A stretch of DNA of 64,000 bases from positions 1,664 to 65,663 of the forward strand of contig JBKPLL010000056.1 of the NCBI GenBank assembly GCA_046731605.1. The letters are read 5' to 3'. This document shows, one piece after another, positions 54,379 to 63,830 of the stretch. A model generated the notes under the pieces. The model was not told where the DNA came from. It saw only the letters and a list, made by a program, of their open reading frames with translations, and did not search any database. Numbering within the stretch: the first letter of the stretch is position 1; every line of letters begins with the position of its first letter. A program made the translations under genes and the position numbers. This stretch comes from Actinomycetota bacterium (lineage in GTDB: Bacteria; Actinomycetota; Thermoleophilia; Gaiellales; Gaiellaceae).

Positions 54379-54892
54379 GCTCGACCTCCAACGTCTCGCG
54401 CAGCTGCTCGAGCGCGCGGGCGAGACGGGAGTTGACGGTGCCGACCGGAAGCGCGAGCGCCTCCGCGATCTGCTTCGGTGTCATCCCGACTCCGTAGCGG
54501 AGGACGACGACGACCCGCCTTTCGAGCGACAGCTCGCCCACCGCCGCGAGGAGTCCCCGGTCTCCCGTCGCATGGGCAGGCGCGAGGTCGGGCATGTCGG
54601 GCAGCTCCTCGTCCGAGAGCCGCCGTTCGGCGCGCAGCAGGTCGAGCGCGCGATTCGCGACGATCCGGTGCAGCCAGGGCCCGAACGGGCGGCGGTCGTC
54701 GAACCGCGCCAGCGCCGCGAATGCCCGCTCGAAGCCGTCCGCGGCCACGTCGTCCGCGAGCGAGCGGCGGCCGGTGATCGCATAGGCGGTACGCCAGGCG
54801 TCGCGCCAGTAGCGGCGGAACAGCAGGGAAGCAGCTTCGCGGTCGCCACGTCGCGCCCGCCGCACGAGGTCTCGGTCACTCGGTTCACGCAC
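54368..54892 (-). CDS. ECF-type RNA polymerase sigma factor
   Basis: GTG 54892 in track ORF 54368..55087. Region 2 LVRRARRGDREAASLLFRRYW...HRIVANRALDLLR. Region 4 MTPKQIAEALALPVGTVNSRLARA. Confidence 0.85.
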   Translation of the reverse strand: MREPSDRDLVRRARRGDREAASLLFRRYWRDAWRTAYAITGRRSLADDVAADGFERAFAALARFDDRRPFGPWLHRIVANRALDLLRAERRLSDEELPDMPDLAPAHATGDRGLLAAVGELSLERRVVVVLRYGVGMTPKQIAEALALPVGTVNSRLARALEQLRETLEVEHVE

Positions 54893-54953
54893 TCCTCTAA
54901 GTGTCGTACGAACGAGGCGACTTTGCGCGTCCCGCGCCGGTAATACTGCAGTT

Positions 54954-55193
54954 GTGGACAGCTGGGGAGAGCGGGACGATGCGCTCGTGCGGGAGTTCGA
55001 GCTCCCCTCGTTCCCGGCCGCGATCGCGTTCGTCGACCGGCTGGGCGAGCTCGCGGAGAGCGAGAACCACCACCCGGACATCGACATCCGCTATCGCAAG
55101 GTCACGGTGCGCTGGACGACGCATTCCGAGGGTGGGATCACCGAGAAGGATCGCGAGATGGCGGAGCGGACATCTGCTCTGGCCACCGCGTAG
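54954..55193 (+). CDS. phhB: 4a-hydroxytetrahydrobiopterin (pterin-4a-carbinolamine) dehydratase
   Basis: 79-aa track ORF with GTG start. Motifs FPAAIAFVDRLGELAESENHHPDI...V.V...TH..GG.T.KD. Confidence 0.8.
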   Translation: MDSWGERDDALVREFELPSFPAAIAFVDRLGELAESENHHPDIDIRYRKVTVRWTTHSEGGITEKDREMAERTSALATA

Positions 55194-55223
55194 CGCGCCC
55201 TCGCGCCGGTAGAAGGTAAGAAC

Positions 55224-55874
55224 TTGCCCGCTCCCGACACTAATCCTGATGTGAGCACGCTCGCACCAGCACCCGGGCTCGAGGAGTGGCACCTCGACCT
55301 GCATGCGCAGGGCGCCGCGCACGATGAGGCAGTCGCGCGCCTGCACGCGCTTCTGCTGCGGGCGGCCCGGTTCGAGGTGTTCCGCCGCCGGGGCTCCCTC
55401 CCCCAGCTTTCTGCGGTCGAGCTGGACGAGCTCGCCCAGGATGCCGCCGACGACGCAGCCGTCTCGGTGCTGCGCCGCCTCGACGACTTCCGCGGCGAGA
55501 GCAGCTTCCGCACCTGGGCATACAAGTTCGCGCTGCTCGAGGCGGCCGTGAAGGTGCGCCGCCGCGCCTGGCGCGATCGCGAGGTGACCCTCGAGCCCGA
55601 GCGCTGGGAGAGCCTCGCTCACGCAGGGCCGGGGCCGGACGACGACGCCGAGAACGAGGCGCTGCTCGAGGCCGTGCGCGAAGGCATCCGGACGGCGCTG
55701 ACCCCGCGGCAGCGGCAGGTGCTCGTCGCGACCGTCCTCGAGGGCGTGCCCATCGACGTCCTGGCCGAGCGCCTCGACTCGAACCGCAACGCGCTCTACA
55801 AGCTGCTCCACGACGCGCGGCGGCGCCTGCGAGCCCACGTCGCCGCTGCGGGATTCCCGGAGGTGAACGAATGA
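55224..55874 (+). CDS. ECF-type RNA polymerase sigma factor
   Basis: 216-aa track ORF. TTG start with GAAGG upstream (GTG 55251 is an alternative). Region 2 ...FRTWAYKFALLEA. Region 4 LTPRQRQVLVATVLEGVPIDVLAERLDSNRNALYKLLHDARRRL. Confidence 0.85.
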   Translation: MPAPDTNPDVSTLAPAPGLEEWHLDLHAQGAAHDEAVARLHALLLRAARFEVFRRRGSLPQLSAVELDELAQDAADDAAVSVLRRLDDFRGESSFRTWAYKFALLEAAVKVRRRAWRDREVTLEPERWESLAHAGPGPDDDAENEALLEAVREGIRTALTPRQRQVLVATVLEGVPIDVLAERLDSNRNALYKLLHDARRRLRAHVAAAGFPEVNE

Positions 55875-56104
55875 CCGGCCGCGACCTCGATCCGGCTCTG
55901 AAGCGCCTGCTCGGCAGCGACGAGCCCGAGATCGACTGCGACGAGTGCTTTGCGCAGCTCGACCGCTACGTCGAGCTCGAGCTCGCGGGCGCTCGCGCCG
56001 ACGAGCTCGTCCCGGGCCTGCGCGCCCACCTCGTCGGCTGTCCCGCGTGCGCGGAAGAGCACGAGAGCCTGCGCGCGCTTCTGGAACTCGATTCCGTCTC
56101 CTGA
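55871..56104 (+). CDS. small cytoplasmic zinc-binding anti-sigma factor (ZAS type)
   Basis: 77-aa track ORF. ATG overlaps the sigma stop (ATGA). CDEC upstream and the ZAS signature HLVGCPAC (HxxxCxxC). Confidence 0.8.
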   Translation: MTGRDLDPALKRLLGSDEPEIDCDECFAQLDRYVELELAGARADELVPGLRAHLVGCPACAEEHESLRALLELDSVS

Positions 56105-56116
56105 AAGAGGGCTGAG

Positions 56117-57256
56117 ATGAAGACCACCAAGTACCTGATCGTCGGCGCCGGGATGACCGGCGACATGGCGGCGAAGGGCATCCGCGAGCACGACTCCGAG
56201 GGCTCGATCACGATGATCGGCGCCGATCCCAACCCGCCGTACAAGCGGCCGCTGCTCACGAAGGGCCTGTGGCAGGGCGCACCGGAGGAGAAGCTGTGGC
56301 GCGAGGCCGCCGAGAGCACCGAGCTCGTCACCGGTCGCCGCATCGACTCGCTCGACCTCGCGGCGCACACGGCCACGGACGATGCCGGCGAGGAGTACTT
56401 GTGGGAGAAGCTCCTGCTAGCCACCGGCGCGAAGCCGCGCGAGATCCCCGGCGCGGAAGGCGTCATCTGGTACCGGACCCTCGACGACTACCGCCGGCTG
56501 CGCGAGATCGCACCGGAGGGATCGCACGTCGTCGTGATCGGCGGCGGCTTCATCGGCTCGGAGATCGCTGCCGGTCTCATCGGCAACGGCTGCCGCGTCA
56601 CGATGCTCTTCCCGGAGCCGGGAATCGGCTTCCGCCTCTTCCCCCTCGGCCTGTCCCAGTTCGTCGCGGAGTACTACCGGGAGAAGGGCGTCGACGTGCA
56701 CACCGATGAGCTGGTCAAATCGGCTTCGGCGAAGCGGGTCGAGACCGAGTCCGGTCTCACGCTCGAGGCGGACGCGGTCGTGGCGGGCCTGGGCGTGATC
56801 CCGGACACCGAGCTCGCCGAGTCCGCCGGTCTCGAGGTGGCGGACGGGATCGTCGTGGACGAGTACGGACGGGTCCCCGGGCACGAGGACGTCTTCGCCG
56901 CAGGCGACGTAGCGCGGTTCCCGGTGCGCGCGCTCGGCACGACGATGCGGATCGAGCACGAGGATCACGCGAACTCGCACGGTAGGGCCGTCGGCGCGAA
57001 CATGGCCGGCGCCAACGCCCCGTACGACCACCTGCCGTTTTTCTACTCCGATCTGTTCGACCTCGGCTACGAGGCGGTCGGGCTCGTCGACTCCCGGCTC
57101 GAGGTGGTCGAGGACTGGCAGGAGCCGAACCGCAAGGGCGTCATCACCTACGTCGAGGACGGCAAGCCCCGCGGGGTGCTGCTCTGGAACGTCTGGGGCA
57201 AGCTCGACGACGCGCGCGACCTGATCCGCGCGGGAGAGGGAGCCCTTGCGGTCTAG
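56117..57256 (+). CDS. FAD-dependent pyridine nucleotide-disulfide oxidoreductase (ferredoxin-reductase/AIF-like)
   Basis: 379-aa track ORF. Dinucleotide folds IVGAGMTG and VIGGGFIGSE. Confidence 0.85.
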   Translation: MKTTKYLIVGAGMTGDMAAKGIREHDSEGSITMIGADPNPPYKRPLLTKGLWQGAPEEKLWREAAESTELVTGRRIDSLDLAAHTATDDAGEEYLWEKLLLATGAKPREIPGAEGVIWYRTLDDYRRLREIAPEGSHVVVIGGGFIGSEIAAGLIGNGCRVTMLFPEPGIGFRLFPLGLSQFVAEYYREKGVDVHTDELVKSASAKRVETESGLTLEADAVVAGLGVIPDTELAESAGLEVADGIVVDEYGRVPGHEDVFAAGDVARFPVRALGTTMRIEHEDHANSHGRAVGANMAGANAPYDHLPFFYSDLFDLGYEAVGLVDSRLEVVEDWQEPNRKGVITYVEDGKPRGVLLWNVWGKLDDARDLIRAGEGALAV

Positions 57257-57995
57257 CGCCCTCGCCCGGTCGCGGAAACCGCGGCGCGGGACGGAGCTCG
57301 TGTGCGAGAAGGTCTTCCGGCCGCTGGCGCACCCGCTCGTCCTGGCGTTCGCGCGTCTGCGCGTGCCGCCGCCGCTCGCGGTCGTCGCTGCAGGAGCCGC
57401 CGGGATCGCGGCGGCCGTCGAGCTCGGCCGTGGCTCGCTGATCGCTGCTGCGCTTCTCGTTCAGCTCAAGACGCTGCTCGACAACGCGGACGGCCAGCTC
57501 GCCCGGCTCACCGGTCGCACGAGCGCCTTCGGCCGTTACCTCGATTCGGAGGTCGATCTGCTCGTGAACCTGGCGCTCTTCGGCGCGCTTGCGTGGACGT
57601 CGGGGCGGCCGGCGATCGCGCTCGCGGGGCTCGTCGCGCTGACGAGCGTCCTCAGCCTCAACTTCAACGTCGAGCGGCTGTCCCGCGCGGCCACTGCCGA
57701 GCCCGAGGCGGAGCGACGAGGAACCGCGTTCCTGCGACGGATCTACGGGCTCGTCTACGCGCCGCAGGACCGGCTCGCCGAGGCGCTCGTGGCGCGGCGG
57801 CCCGCGCTCGCGAGCCCGACGGCCGTCTCGTTGCTCGCCAACCTTGGAATGTCGACGCAGCTAGCCGCGTTCGGGCTGCTGATCGCACTCGGACACCCGC
57901 TTGCCTTCGCGTGGCTCGCCCTCGCGCAGGTCGCCGTAATCGCGCTCGTGCTTCTTCCGCGGCGCGCGCCCAGAGGACAGGAGGAACTTGCGTGA
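57246..57995 (+). CDS. CDP-alcohol phosphatidyltransferase family membrane protein, substrate unknown
   Basis: 249-aa track ORF. TTG start overlaps the upstream gene by 11 nt (GTG 57300 is an alternative). Motif DNADGQLARLTGRTSAFGRYLDSEVD. Confidence 0.8.
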   Translation: MRSSALARSRKPRRGTELVCEKVFRPLAHPLVLAFARLRVPPPLAVVAAGAAGIAAAVELGRGSLIAAALLVQLKTLLDNADGQLARLTGRTSAFGRYLDSEVDLLVNLALFGALAWTSGRPAIALAGLVALTSVLSLNFNVERLSRAATAEPEAERRGTAFLRRIYGLVYAPQDRLAEALVARRPALASPTAVSLLANLGMSTQLAAFGLLIALGHPLAFAWLALAQVAVIALVLLPRRAPRGQEELA

Positions 57996-58621
57996 GCAGT
58001 AACGTCTTCGAGCTTCCCGCGCACGAGGGCGAAGTTGCGCGCGAGCTCACGCCCGCCGACTGGGAGCGTCTCGAGCGCAACGCCGCCGAGATCTTCGAGG
58101 CGCTCGGGCTCGATCTCGAGACGCCGGGGACGCGCGACACCCCTCGCCGGTTCGTCCGGGCGCTGTACGACGCGACGGCCGGCTACGACGGCGATCCCAA
58201 GCTCCGCACCGTCTTCCCGACCGAGCGTCCCGCGGGCGTCGAGGGGCGGCACGCACAGATCGTCGAGGGCCCCATCGGCTTCTATGCGCTGTGCGAGCAC
58301 CACGCACTCCCGTTCCACGGGCGCGCATATGTCGGCTACGTCGCCGGCGACGAGATCCTCGGCATTTCCAAGCTCACGCGGCTCGTGCGGCTGTACGCGC
58401 GCCGGTTCACCGTGCAGGAGCGGCTCGCGGAGGAGATCGCGGACGGCCTGGGCGAGCTCGCGGGCGCGCGCGGAGTCGCCGTCCGTCTCGAGGCCGCGCA
58501 CATGTGCACCGCGATGCGGGGCGTCGCGGAGGACGGCTCCCTCACCGTGACCACGGTCTGGCGCGGCCTGTACGACGAGGATGCAGCTCTGCGCGCCGAG
58601 TTCCTTAGTCTGACCCGGTGA
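57992..58621 (+). CDS. folE: GTP cyclohydrolase I
   Basis: GTG 57992 overlaps the upstream stop (GTGA), in track ORF 57302..58621. Motifs CEHHALPF, ISKLTR, HMCTAMRGV. Confidence 0.9.
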   Translation: MSSNVFELPAHEGEVARELTPADWERLERNAAEIFEALGLDLETPGTRDTPRRFVRALYDATAGYDGDPKLRTVFPTERPAGVEGRHAQIVEGPIGFYALCEHHALPFHGRAYVGYVAGDEILGISKLTRLVRLYARRFTVQERLAEEIADGLGELAGARGVAVRLEAAHMCTAMRGVAEDGSLTVTTVWRGLYDEDAALRAEFLSLTR

Positions 58622-59418
58622 TCGAAGCGTTCAGGGTCCTGGCCGAGGCCGAGGATCTGCCACGGTGGGACGTGCCGGAGGCGCTCGCCTCGCTCTACGG
58701 CGTGATCGGCCTCGACGAGCCGTGCGTCGTCGCGAACTTCGTCGAGTCCCTCGACGGCGTCGTGGCCGTGCCGCGGCTGCCGCGCTCCCATGCAGTGATC
58801 GGCGACGACAGCGAGGCGGACCAGTTCGTCCTCGCGCTCGTGCGCGCGTGCGCCGATGCGGTCGTCGTCGGATCGGGCACCCTGCTCGCCTCGCCGAACG
58901 GGACGTGGCGGGTCGACCGCGCGTATCCCGAAGCGGCCGGGGCCTTCCTCGAGCTCCGAGCGAGGCGTGGCCGTCCCGAGCAGCCGCTCGTCGTCGTTGT
59001 CACCACCGGCGCCTCGCTCGATCCTGCCCATCCGGTGCTCGAGTCCGGCGCGCTCGTGCTCACGACCGAGGGAGCAGCGGTCCGCCTGCGAGCGTCGGTT
59101 CCGGGTGCGAGTGAAGTCGTGGCGGTGAACGACGGCGACATCGTCGAGCTCGCGCGCGCGATCGACCTGCTGCGCGACCGGGGCTGCCCCGTGGTGCTGA
59201 CGGAGGCAGGGCCGTCGATGTTCGGGTCGCTCGTCGCCTCGAAGCTCGTCGACGAGCTGTTTCTCACGGTCTCCCCCGTCCTCGCCGGCCGGGCGGCAAC
59301 GGCCAGGCTCGGGCTCGTGGAAGGCGTCGAGCTCATCCCGCAGACGCGAGTGGCGGGCCGGCTCCGCTCGGTGCGCGCGCACGGCTCGCACCTCTTTCTG
59401 CGTTACTCGCTGCGTTAG
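58618..59418 (+). CDS. RibD C-terminal domain (dihydrofolate reductase-like/pyrimidine reductase-like) protein
   Basis: 266-aa track ORF. GTG overlaps the folE stop. Motifs ESLDGVVA...VVVGSGTL...LTEAGPSMFGSL...DELFLTVSPVLAG. Confidence 0.8.
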   Translation: MIEAFRVLAEAEDLPRWDVPEALASLYGVIGLDEPCVVANFVESLDGVVAVPRLPRSHAVIGDDSEADQFVLALVRACADAVVVGSGTLLASPNGTWRVDRAYPEAAGAFLELRARRGRPEQPLVVVVTTGASLDPAHPVLESGALVLTTEGAAVRLRASVPGASEVVAVNDGDIVELARAIDLLRDRGCPVVLTEAGPSMFGSLVASKLVDELFLTVSPVLAGRAATARLGLVEGVELIPQTRVAGRLRSVRAHGSHLFLRYSLR

Positions 59419-59720
59419 CTGCGCCGGTTGAGCTGGCGGTAGAGGCGGTCGATCAGCGCCGGCATCGCCTCGAGCCGGTCGGTGATCATCCGGAGCCGGT
59501 ACTCGCGGAAGTGCTCGGGCTCGACCTCGAGCGCCCCGGCGAGCGTCGCGACGACGTCGTTGGAAGGGACAGGCCGGTTTCCGTGTACGAGGTGGTTGAG
59601 GTAGCCAGCCGAGAGCCCCGTGCGCGACGCGAGCTGGCGATACGTCACGCCCTGCTCGTCCATCAGGCGCTGGACGGTCTCGCCGAACCCCTCCTCGCTG
59701 AAGCGCCGACGTTTTGCCAC
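59415..59720 (-). CDS. XRE-family helix-turn-helix transcriptional regulator
   Basis: GTG 59720 with GGAGG 7 nt upstream, in track ORF 59415..59750. HTH VTYRQLASRTGLSAGYLNHLVHG. Confidence 0.75.
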   Translation of the reverse strand: MAKRRRFSEEGFGETVQRLMDEQGVTYRQLASRTGLSAGYLNHLVHGNRPVPSNDVVATLAGALEVEPEHFREYRLRMITDRLEAMPALIDRLYRQLNRRS

Positions 59721-59721
59721 C

Positions 59722-61380
59722 TCAAGCCTCCGTTGCCAGATCGGCAACATCTAATCGCTTCTCGGAGCCGCTTGCGCGATTTCTCACATCCACCTTGCCG
59801 TCCTCGAGGCTCTTCCGGCCCGCCGTGACGCGCAGCGGGCAGCCGATGAGGTCGGCATCGGCGAACTTCTCCCCCGCCCTCTGGTCACGGTCGTCGAGGA
59901 GGACGTCGAGCCCCGCTGCCGAGAGCGTCTCCGCCGCCTGCAGCGCGATCTCGTCGGCGCCGGCCAGCGCCACGACGTGCACGTCGTACGGCGCGACGGA
60001 CTTCGGCCACATGATGCCGTCCTCGTCGTGTGACTGCTCCACGATCGCCGCCATGGTGCGTGCGAGGCCGATGCCGTAGCTGCCCATGACGATGGGCTTC
60101 TCCCTCCCGTCCTCGTCCAGAAACGTCGCGCCGAACGCCTTCGAGTGGAACGTGCCGAGCTTGAAGATGTGGCCGACCTCGACCGCGGTCTGGACGCGGA
60201 GCGTTCCGCCGCACTCGGGGCAGGCGTCACCGTCCTTGGCCTGGCGGATGTCGGCGAAGGTGGGCTCGTAGTCGCGACCGGCCTGAACGCCGCGGAGATG
60301 CTTGCCGTCCTCGTTCGCGCCGGCAACGTACTGCCCCTCGCGGAGCGCCTCGTCGGCGATGACCTGGACGTCGATCCCGACCGGCCCGAGCGAGCCTCCA
60401 CCGGCGCCGAAGCCCGCACGAATCTCATCGTCTGTTGCCGGGCGGAACGCGGCCTCGAAGAACGTCTCGAGCTTTTCGGGGCTGAGCTTGTCGTCGCCTC
60501 GCACGAGCGCGAGCACGAGACGGTCTCCCGTCACGACCGGCAGTGCCTTGGAGGTGGCGGACTCCGCGATGCCGAGCAGGTTCGCGACGTCCTCGATCGT
60601 GATCACCCCGGGCGTGTCGACGGCCTCGGGCGCGTCCAACGGCGGCGGCAGCTCGGGCGCCGGCGGCGTGCCCCGCGCGGCCTCGGCGTCGGCGAAGTAG
60701 TCGCCGTTCTCACAGCGCATGAGCTCGTTCTCGCCCGAGCCCGTCGGCGCGAGGAAACCGAGCGAGCTCTTGCCGCCCATCACCCCCGACTCCGCCTCCA
60801 CGAGGTACGCCTCGAGGCCGCAGCGCTCGAAGATCCGCGCGTACGCCTTCTCGTGCCGATCGAAGGCCGCGTCGAGCCCGTCCTCGTCGGCGTCGAACGT
60901 GTACGAGTCCTTCATCACGAACTCGCGGACGCGCAGGAGGCCGCCGCGCGGGCGCGGCTCGTCCCGGTCCTTGTTCGAGAAGTGGTACCAGACCTGCGGC
61001 AGCTGCTTGTAGGACTGGATCTCGCGCGCGAGGAAGGTCATCGACTCCTCGTGCGTCCACGAGAGCACGAACGGCCGGCCGCCACTGTCGTTGAGGTGAA
61101 AGAGGATCGGAACGTCGATGCGCCCGGTGGTCTCCCACAGCTCGGCCGGCGTGAGCGTCGGAGCGCGCATCTCCTGACCGCCGATCGCGTTGATCTCCTC
61201 GCGGATGATCTGCTCGATCCGCATGTGGACGCGCCAGCCGAGCGGCAGGAAGGCCCAGAGCCCGGCGCCGATCTGGCGGATGAAGCCGCCGCGGACGAGC
61301 AGCTGGTGCGACGCGGCCTCGGCGTCGGCCGGCGGATCGCGCAGGGTCGGCAGGAAGAGCTGTGAGGCTCGGACGATCAT
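59722..61380 (-). CDS. proS: proline--tRNA ligase
   Basis: 552-aa track ORF. Class II motifs FRDE-like DRDEPRPRGGLLRVREFVMKD, GCPLRVT-type C-terminus, anticodon-binding domain. Confidence 0.9.
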   Translation of the reverse strand: MIVRASQLFLPTLRDPPADAEAASHQLLVRGGFIRQIGAGLWAFLPLGWRVHMRIEQIIREEINAIGGQEMRAPTLTPAELWETTGRIDVPILFHLNDSGGRPFVLSWTHEESMTFLAREIQSYKQLPQVWYHFSNKDRDEPRPRGGLLRVREFVMKDSYTFDADEDGLDAAFDRHEKAYARIFERCGLEAYLVEAESGVMGGKSSLGFLAPTGSGENELMRCENGDYFADAEAARGTPPAPELPPPLDAPEAVDTPGVITIEDVANLLGIAESATSKALPVVTGDRLVLALVRGDDKLSPEKLETFFEAAFRPATDDEIRAGFGAGGGSLGPVGIDVQVIADEALREGQYVAGANEDGKHLRGVQAGRDYEPTFADIRQAKDGDACPECGGTLRVQTAVEVGHIFKLGTFHSKAFGATFLDEDGREKPIVMGSYGIGLARTMAAIVEQSHDEDGIMWPKSVAPYDVHVVALAGADEIALQAAETLSAAGLDVLLDDRDQRAGEKFADADLIGCPLRVTAGRKSLEDGKVDVRNRASGSEKRLDVADLATEA

Positions 61381-61396
61381 CGGGTCTCGCCGGACC

Positions 61397-62530
61397 CTAT
61401 TCCAGCGGGATGAGGGAGGCTTCGGCCATCGCCAGGGCTGCCGGCTTGGCCATCTTGAGGCGCTTGGGCCGGTTCATCCCGTCGGCGATCCACTTGTCGA
61501 TCTCGTGGAAGAGCTCGTCGATGAGGATGTCGGAGCTGACCTTCTTCAGCACCCGGCCGTGCGCGTAGATGAAGCCGACGTCGCGGCCGCCGGCGATGCC
61601 GAAGTCCGCGTCGCCGGACTCGCCGGGCCCGTTGACGGCGCAGCCCAGCACCGCGACTTCGAAGTGCTGCGGGTACTCCTGCAGGCGCAGCTCGACCTCC
61701 TCGGCAAGCGTGTGGACTCCGACGTTGTCGCGACCGCAGCTCGGGCACGCGATCATCACCGGGCCCCGCTCGCGCAGACCGAGCGCCTTGAGGATCTCGT
61801 ACGCGGTCTTCGGCTCCTCCACCGGGTCGGACGAGAGCGAGACCCGGATCGTGTCGCCGATTCCCTCCGCAAGGAGCGTCCCGATCCCCACCGCGCTCTT
61901 GATCGAGCCTGCGAAGACGGTTCCCGCCTCGGTCACGCCCAGGTGAAGCGGGTACTCGACCTTCTCGGACAGCATCCGGTAGGCGCGGATCATCGTCGGC
62001 ACGTGGCTCGACTTGACCGAGATCTTGAAGTCGTAGAAGTCGAGACTCTCGAGCAGGCGCACCTCCTCGAGCGCGGCTTCGACGAGCGCCTCGGCCTGAT
62101 CCTTCTGCGCGAGCTCCTTGAGGTGCTTGGGCAGCGAGCCGGAGTTCGCGCCGATCCGCATGGGGATCTCCTTGGCCTTCGCCGCGCGCACGACCTCGGC
62201 GACCTTGTCCGAGCCGCCGATGTTGCCGGGATTGATGCGGACGGCGGCGACGCCCTGGTCGATCGCCTTCAGCGCGAGGCTCGCGTTGAAGTGGATGTCG
62301 GCGATGATCGGAACGGGCGAGAAGCGCACGATCTTCGAGAGTGCCTCCGCGTCTTCCGTCTTCGGGACCGCGACGCGGACGATCTCGCAGCCGGCACTCG
62401 CGAGCGAGGCGACCTGCGCGGTCGTCGCCTCCACGTCGTGCGTCTTCGTCGTCGTCATCGACTGGACGACGACGGGCGCTCCGCCTCCGATCTGCACGCC
62501 GCCTACGGAAATTTGCCGCTTGCTGGCCAT
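61397..62530 (-). CDS. ispG: 4-hydroxy-3-methylbut-2-en-1-yl diphosphate synthase
   Basis: 377-aa track ORF. Motifs VVVQSMTTT, IADIHF, INPGNIG, ACPSCGR. Confidence 0.9.
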   Translation of the reverse strand: MASKRQISVGGVQIGGGAPVVVQSMTTTKTHDVEATTAQVASLASAGCEIVRVAVPKTEDAEALSKIVRFSPVPIIADIHFNASLALKAIDQGVAAVRINPGNIGGSDKVAEVVRAAKAKEIPMRIGANSGSLPKHLKELAQKDQAEALVEAALEEVRLLESLDFYDFKISVKSSHVPTMIRAYRMLSEKVEYPLHLGVTEAGTVFAGSIKSAVGIGTLLAEGIGDTIRVSLSSDPVEEPKTAYEILKALGLRERGPVMIACPSCGRDNVGVHTLAEEVELRLQEYPQHFEVAVLGCAVNGPGESGDADFGIAGGRDVGFIYAHGRVLKKVSSDILIDELFHEIDKWIADGMNRPKRLKMAKPAALAMAEASLIPLE

Positions 62531-62594
62531 CCGCGAGTCAGTCTAGCCGGGTGGGTTCGGCCGGAATCCCGCCCTCAAAGGACGCTGAAGCGCC

Positions 62595-63830
62595 TCAGTG
62601 CGGAACGCCGGAGACGTCGTTCGAGAACGCGATCACCATCACGAGCAGGATGAACGCGAAGCCGACGACGGAGACCCGCTCGTACACCTCGCGCGCGAGA
62701 GCGCGACGGCGGACTCCCTCGATCAGCGAGAAGAGGATGTGTCCTCCGTCGAGCGGCAGCAGCGGCAGAAGGTTGATGAGCGCGAGCGACATGCTCACGA
62801 ACGCGAGGATCTGGAGGTACCACGTCCCTCCGGCCTGGAGCTGGCTGTGCGAGACCTGAACGATCCCGACCGGGCCGGAGAGCTGGCTCCGTCCCTCGTG
62901 GGAGAAGAGCCCGCGGAACCCTGCGGCGGTGCCGGTCACGACGTCCCACAGGTCGGATCCCGCGGTGCGTGCGGCCCCTCCGACGGTGTAGCTCACGACT
63001 CGCGGTTCCGGCGAGAAGCCGAAGATCCAGCGGCCCTGGCTGCGAGTCGTCGGCCGGGGACCCACCGTCACGCGTCGACCGTCGCGAACCACTGTGAGCA
63101 TGACCGGGCGGCCGTGGCTCGACCCGATGAGGTGAGAGACGTCGCCGAACGCGCGGGTCGGCAGGCCGTTGACGGCGACGATGCGATCCCCAGCCTGCAG
63201 ACCCGCGGCTGCCGCCGGGGTTCCCGCCTCGACGCTCTCGACCTTGTTCGTGTAGTGCTGCGTCTGTGCGGGGCCGCCGCTCACGGCGAAGACGGTGAAG
63301 AGGATCGCGAACGCGAGGACGATGTTCGCGAGCGGCCCTGCGGCGATGACGGCGACGCGCCTCCACGTCGACGCGCGCCAGTACGCATCGGAGGCGGTCC
63401 CCTCCTCGAGGTCGCGCAGGGCACGCCCCGCCGAGCGCCGCGCGGCGGGCGACAGGCGCGCCGCGGCCACGTCCTGCTCGAGCTCCGGATACGCCCGCCG
63501 CGCGGCGTCGTAATCCTCGGCCTCGAGGGCGCGCCGGACCGCCCCGACGGCCGGTGCGAGAGCGGGCTGCTCACGCACGGCAGGGTCGATGAACGTACGC
63601 AGGTCTGACGCGGCGGGCCGGTGCATTCCCGGGATCCGGACGAGGCCGCCCAGCGGGATCATGCCGATCCCGTACTCGATGCCGTTGCGCCGCACCTTCA
63701 CGAGCGCCGGCGGGAAGCCGATGTAGAAGCTCCGTGGCCGCATTCCAACCGCGAGCGCGACCGAGAAGTGGCCCAGCTCGTGCACGAAGACGACGAGCAC
63801 GAGACCGACGATCACGATCAGCCAGGTCAT
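62595..63830 (-). CDS. rseP: M50 site-2 protease (RseP/Rip1-like) with PDZ domain
   Basis: 411-aa track ORF. HELGH motif in the first TM, PDZ region GLQAGDRIVAVNG, C-terminal NLLPLLPLDGG. Confidence 0.9.
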   Translation of the reverse strand: MTWLIVIVGLVLVVFVHELGHFSVALAVGMRPRSFYIGFPPALVKVRRNGIEYGIGMIPLGGLVRIPGMHRPAASDLRTFIDPAVREQPALAPAVGAVRRALEAEDYDAARRAYPELEQDVAAARLSPAARRSAGRALRDLEEGTASDAYWRASTWRRVAVIAAGPLANIVLAFAILFTVFAVSGGPAQTQHYTNKVESVEAGTPAAAAGLQAGDRIVAVNGLPTRAFGDVSHLIGSSHGRPVMLTVVRDGRRVTVGPRPTTRSQGRWIFGFSPEPRVVSYTVGGAARTAGSDLWDVVTGTAAGFRGLFSHEGRSQLSGPVGIVQVSHSQLQAGGTWYLQILAFVSMSLALINLLPLLPLDGGHILFSLIEGVRRRALAREVYERVSVVGFAFILLVMVIAFSNDVSGVPH

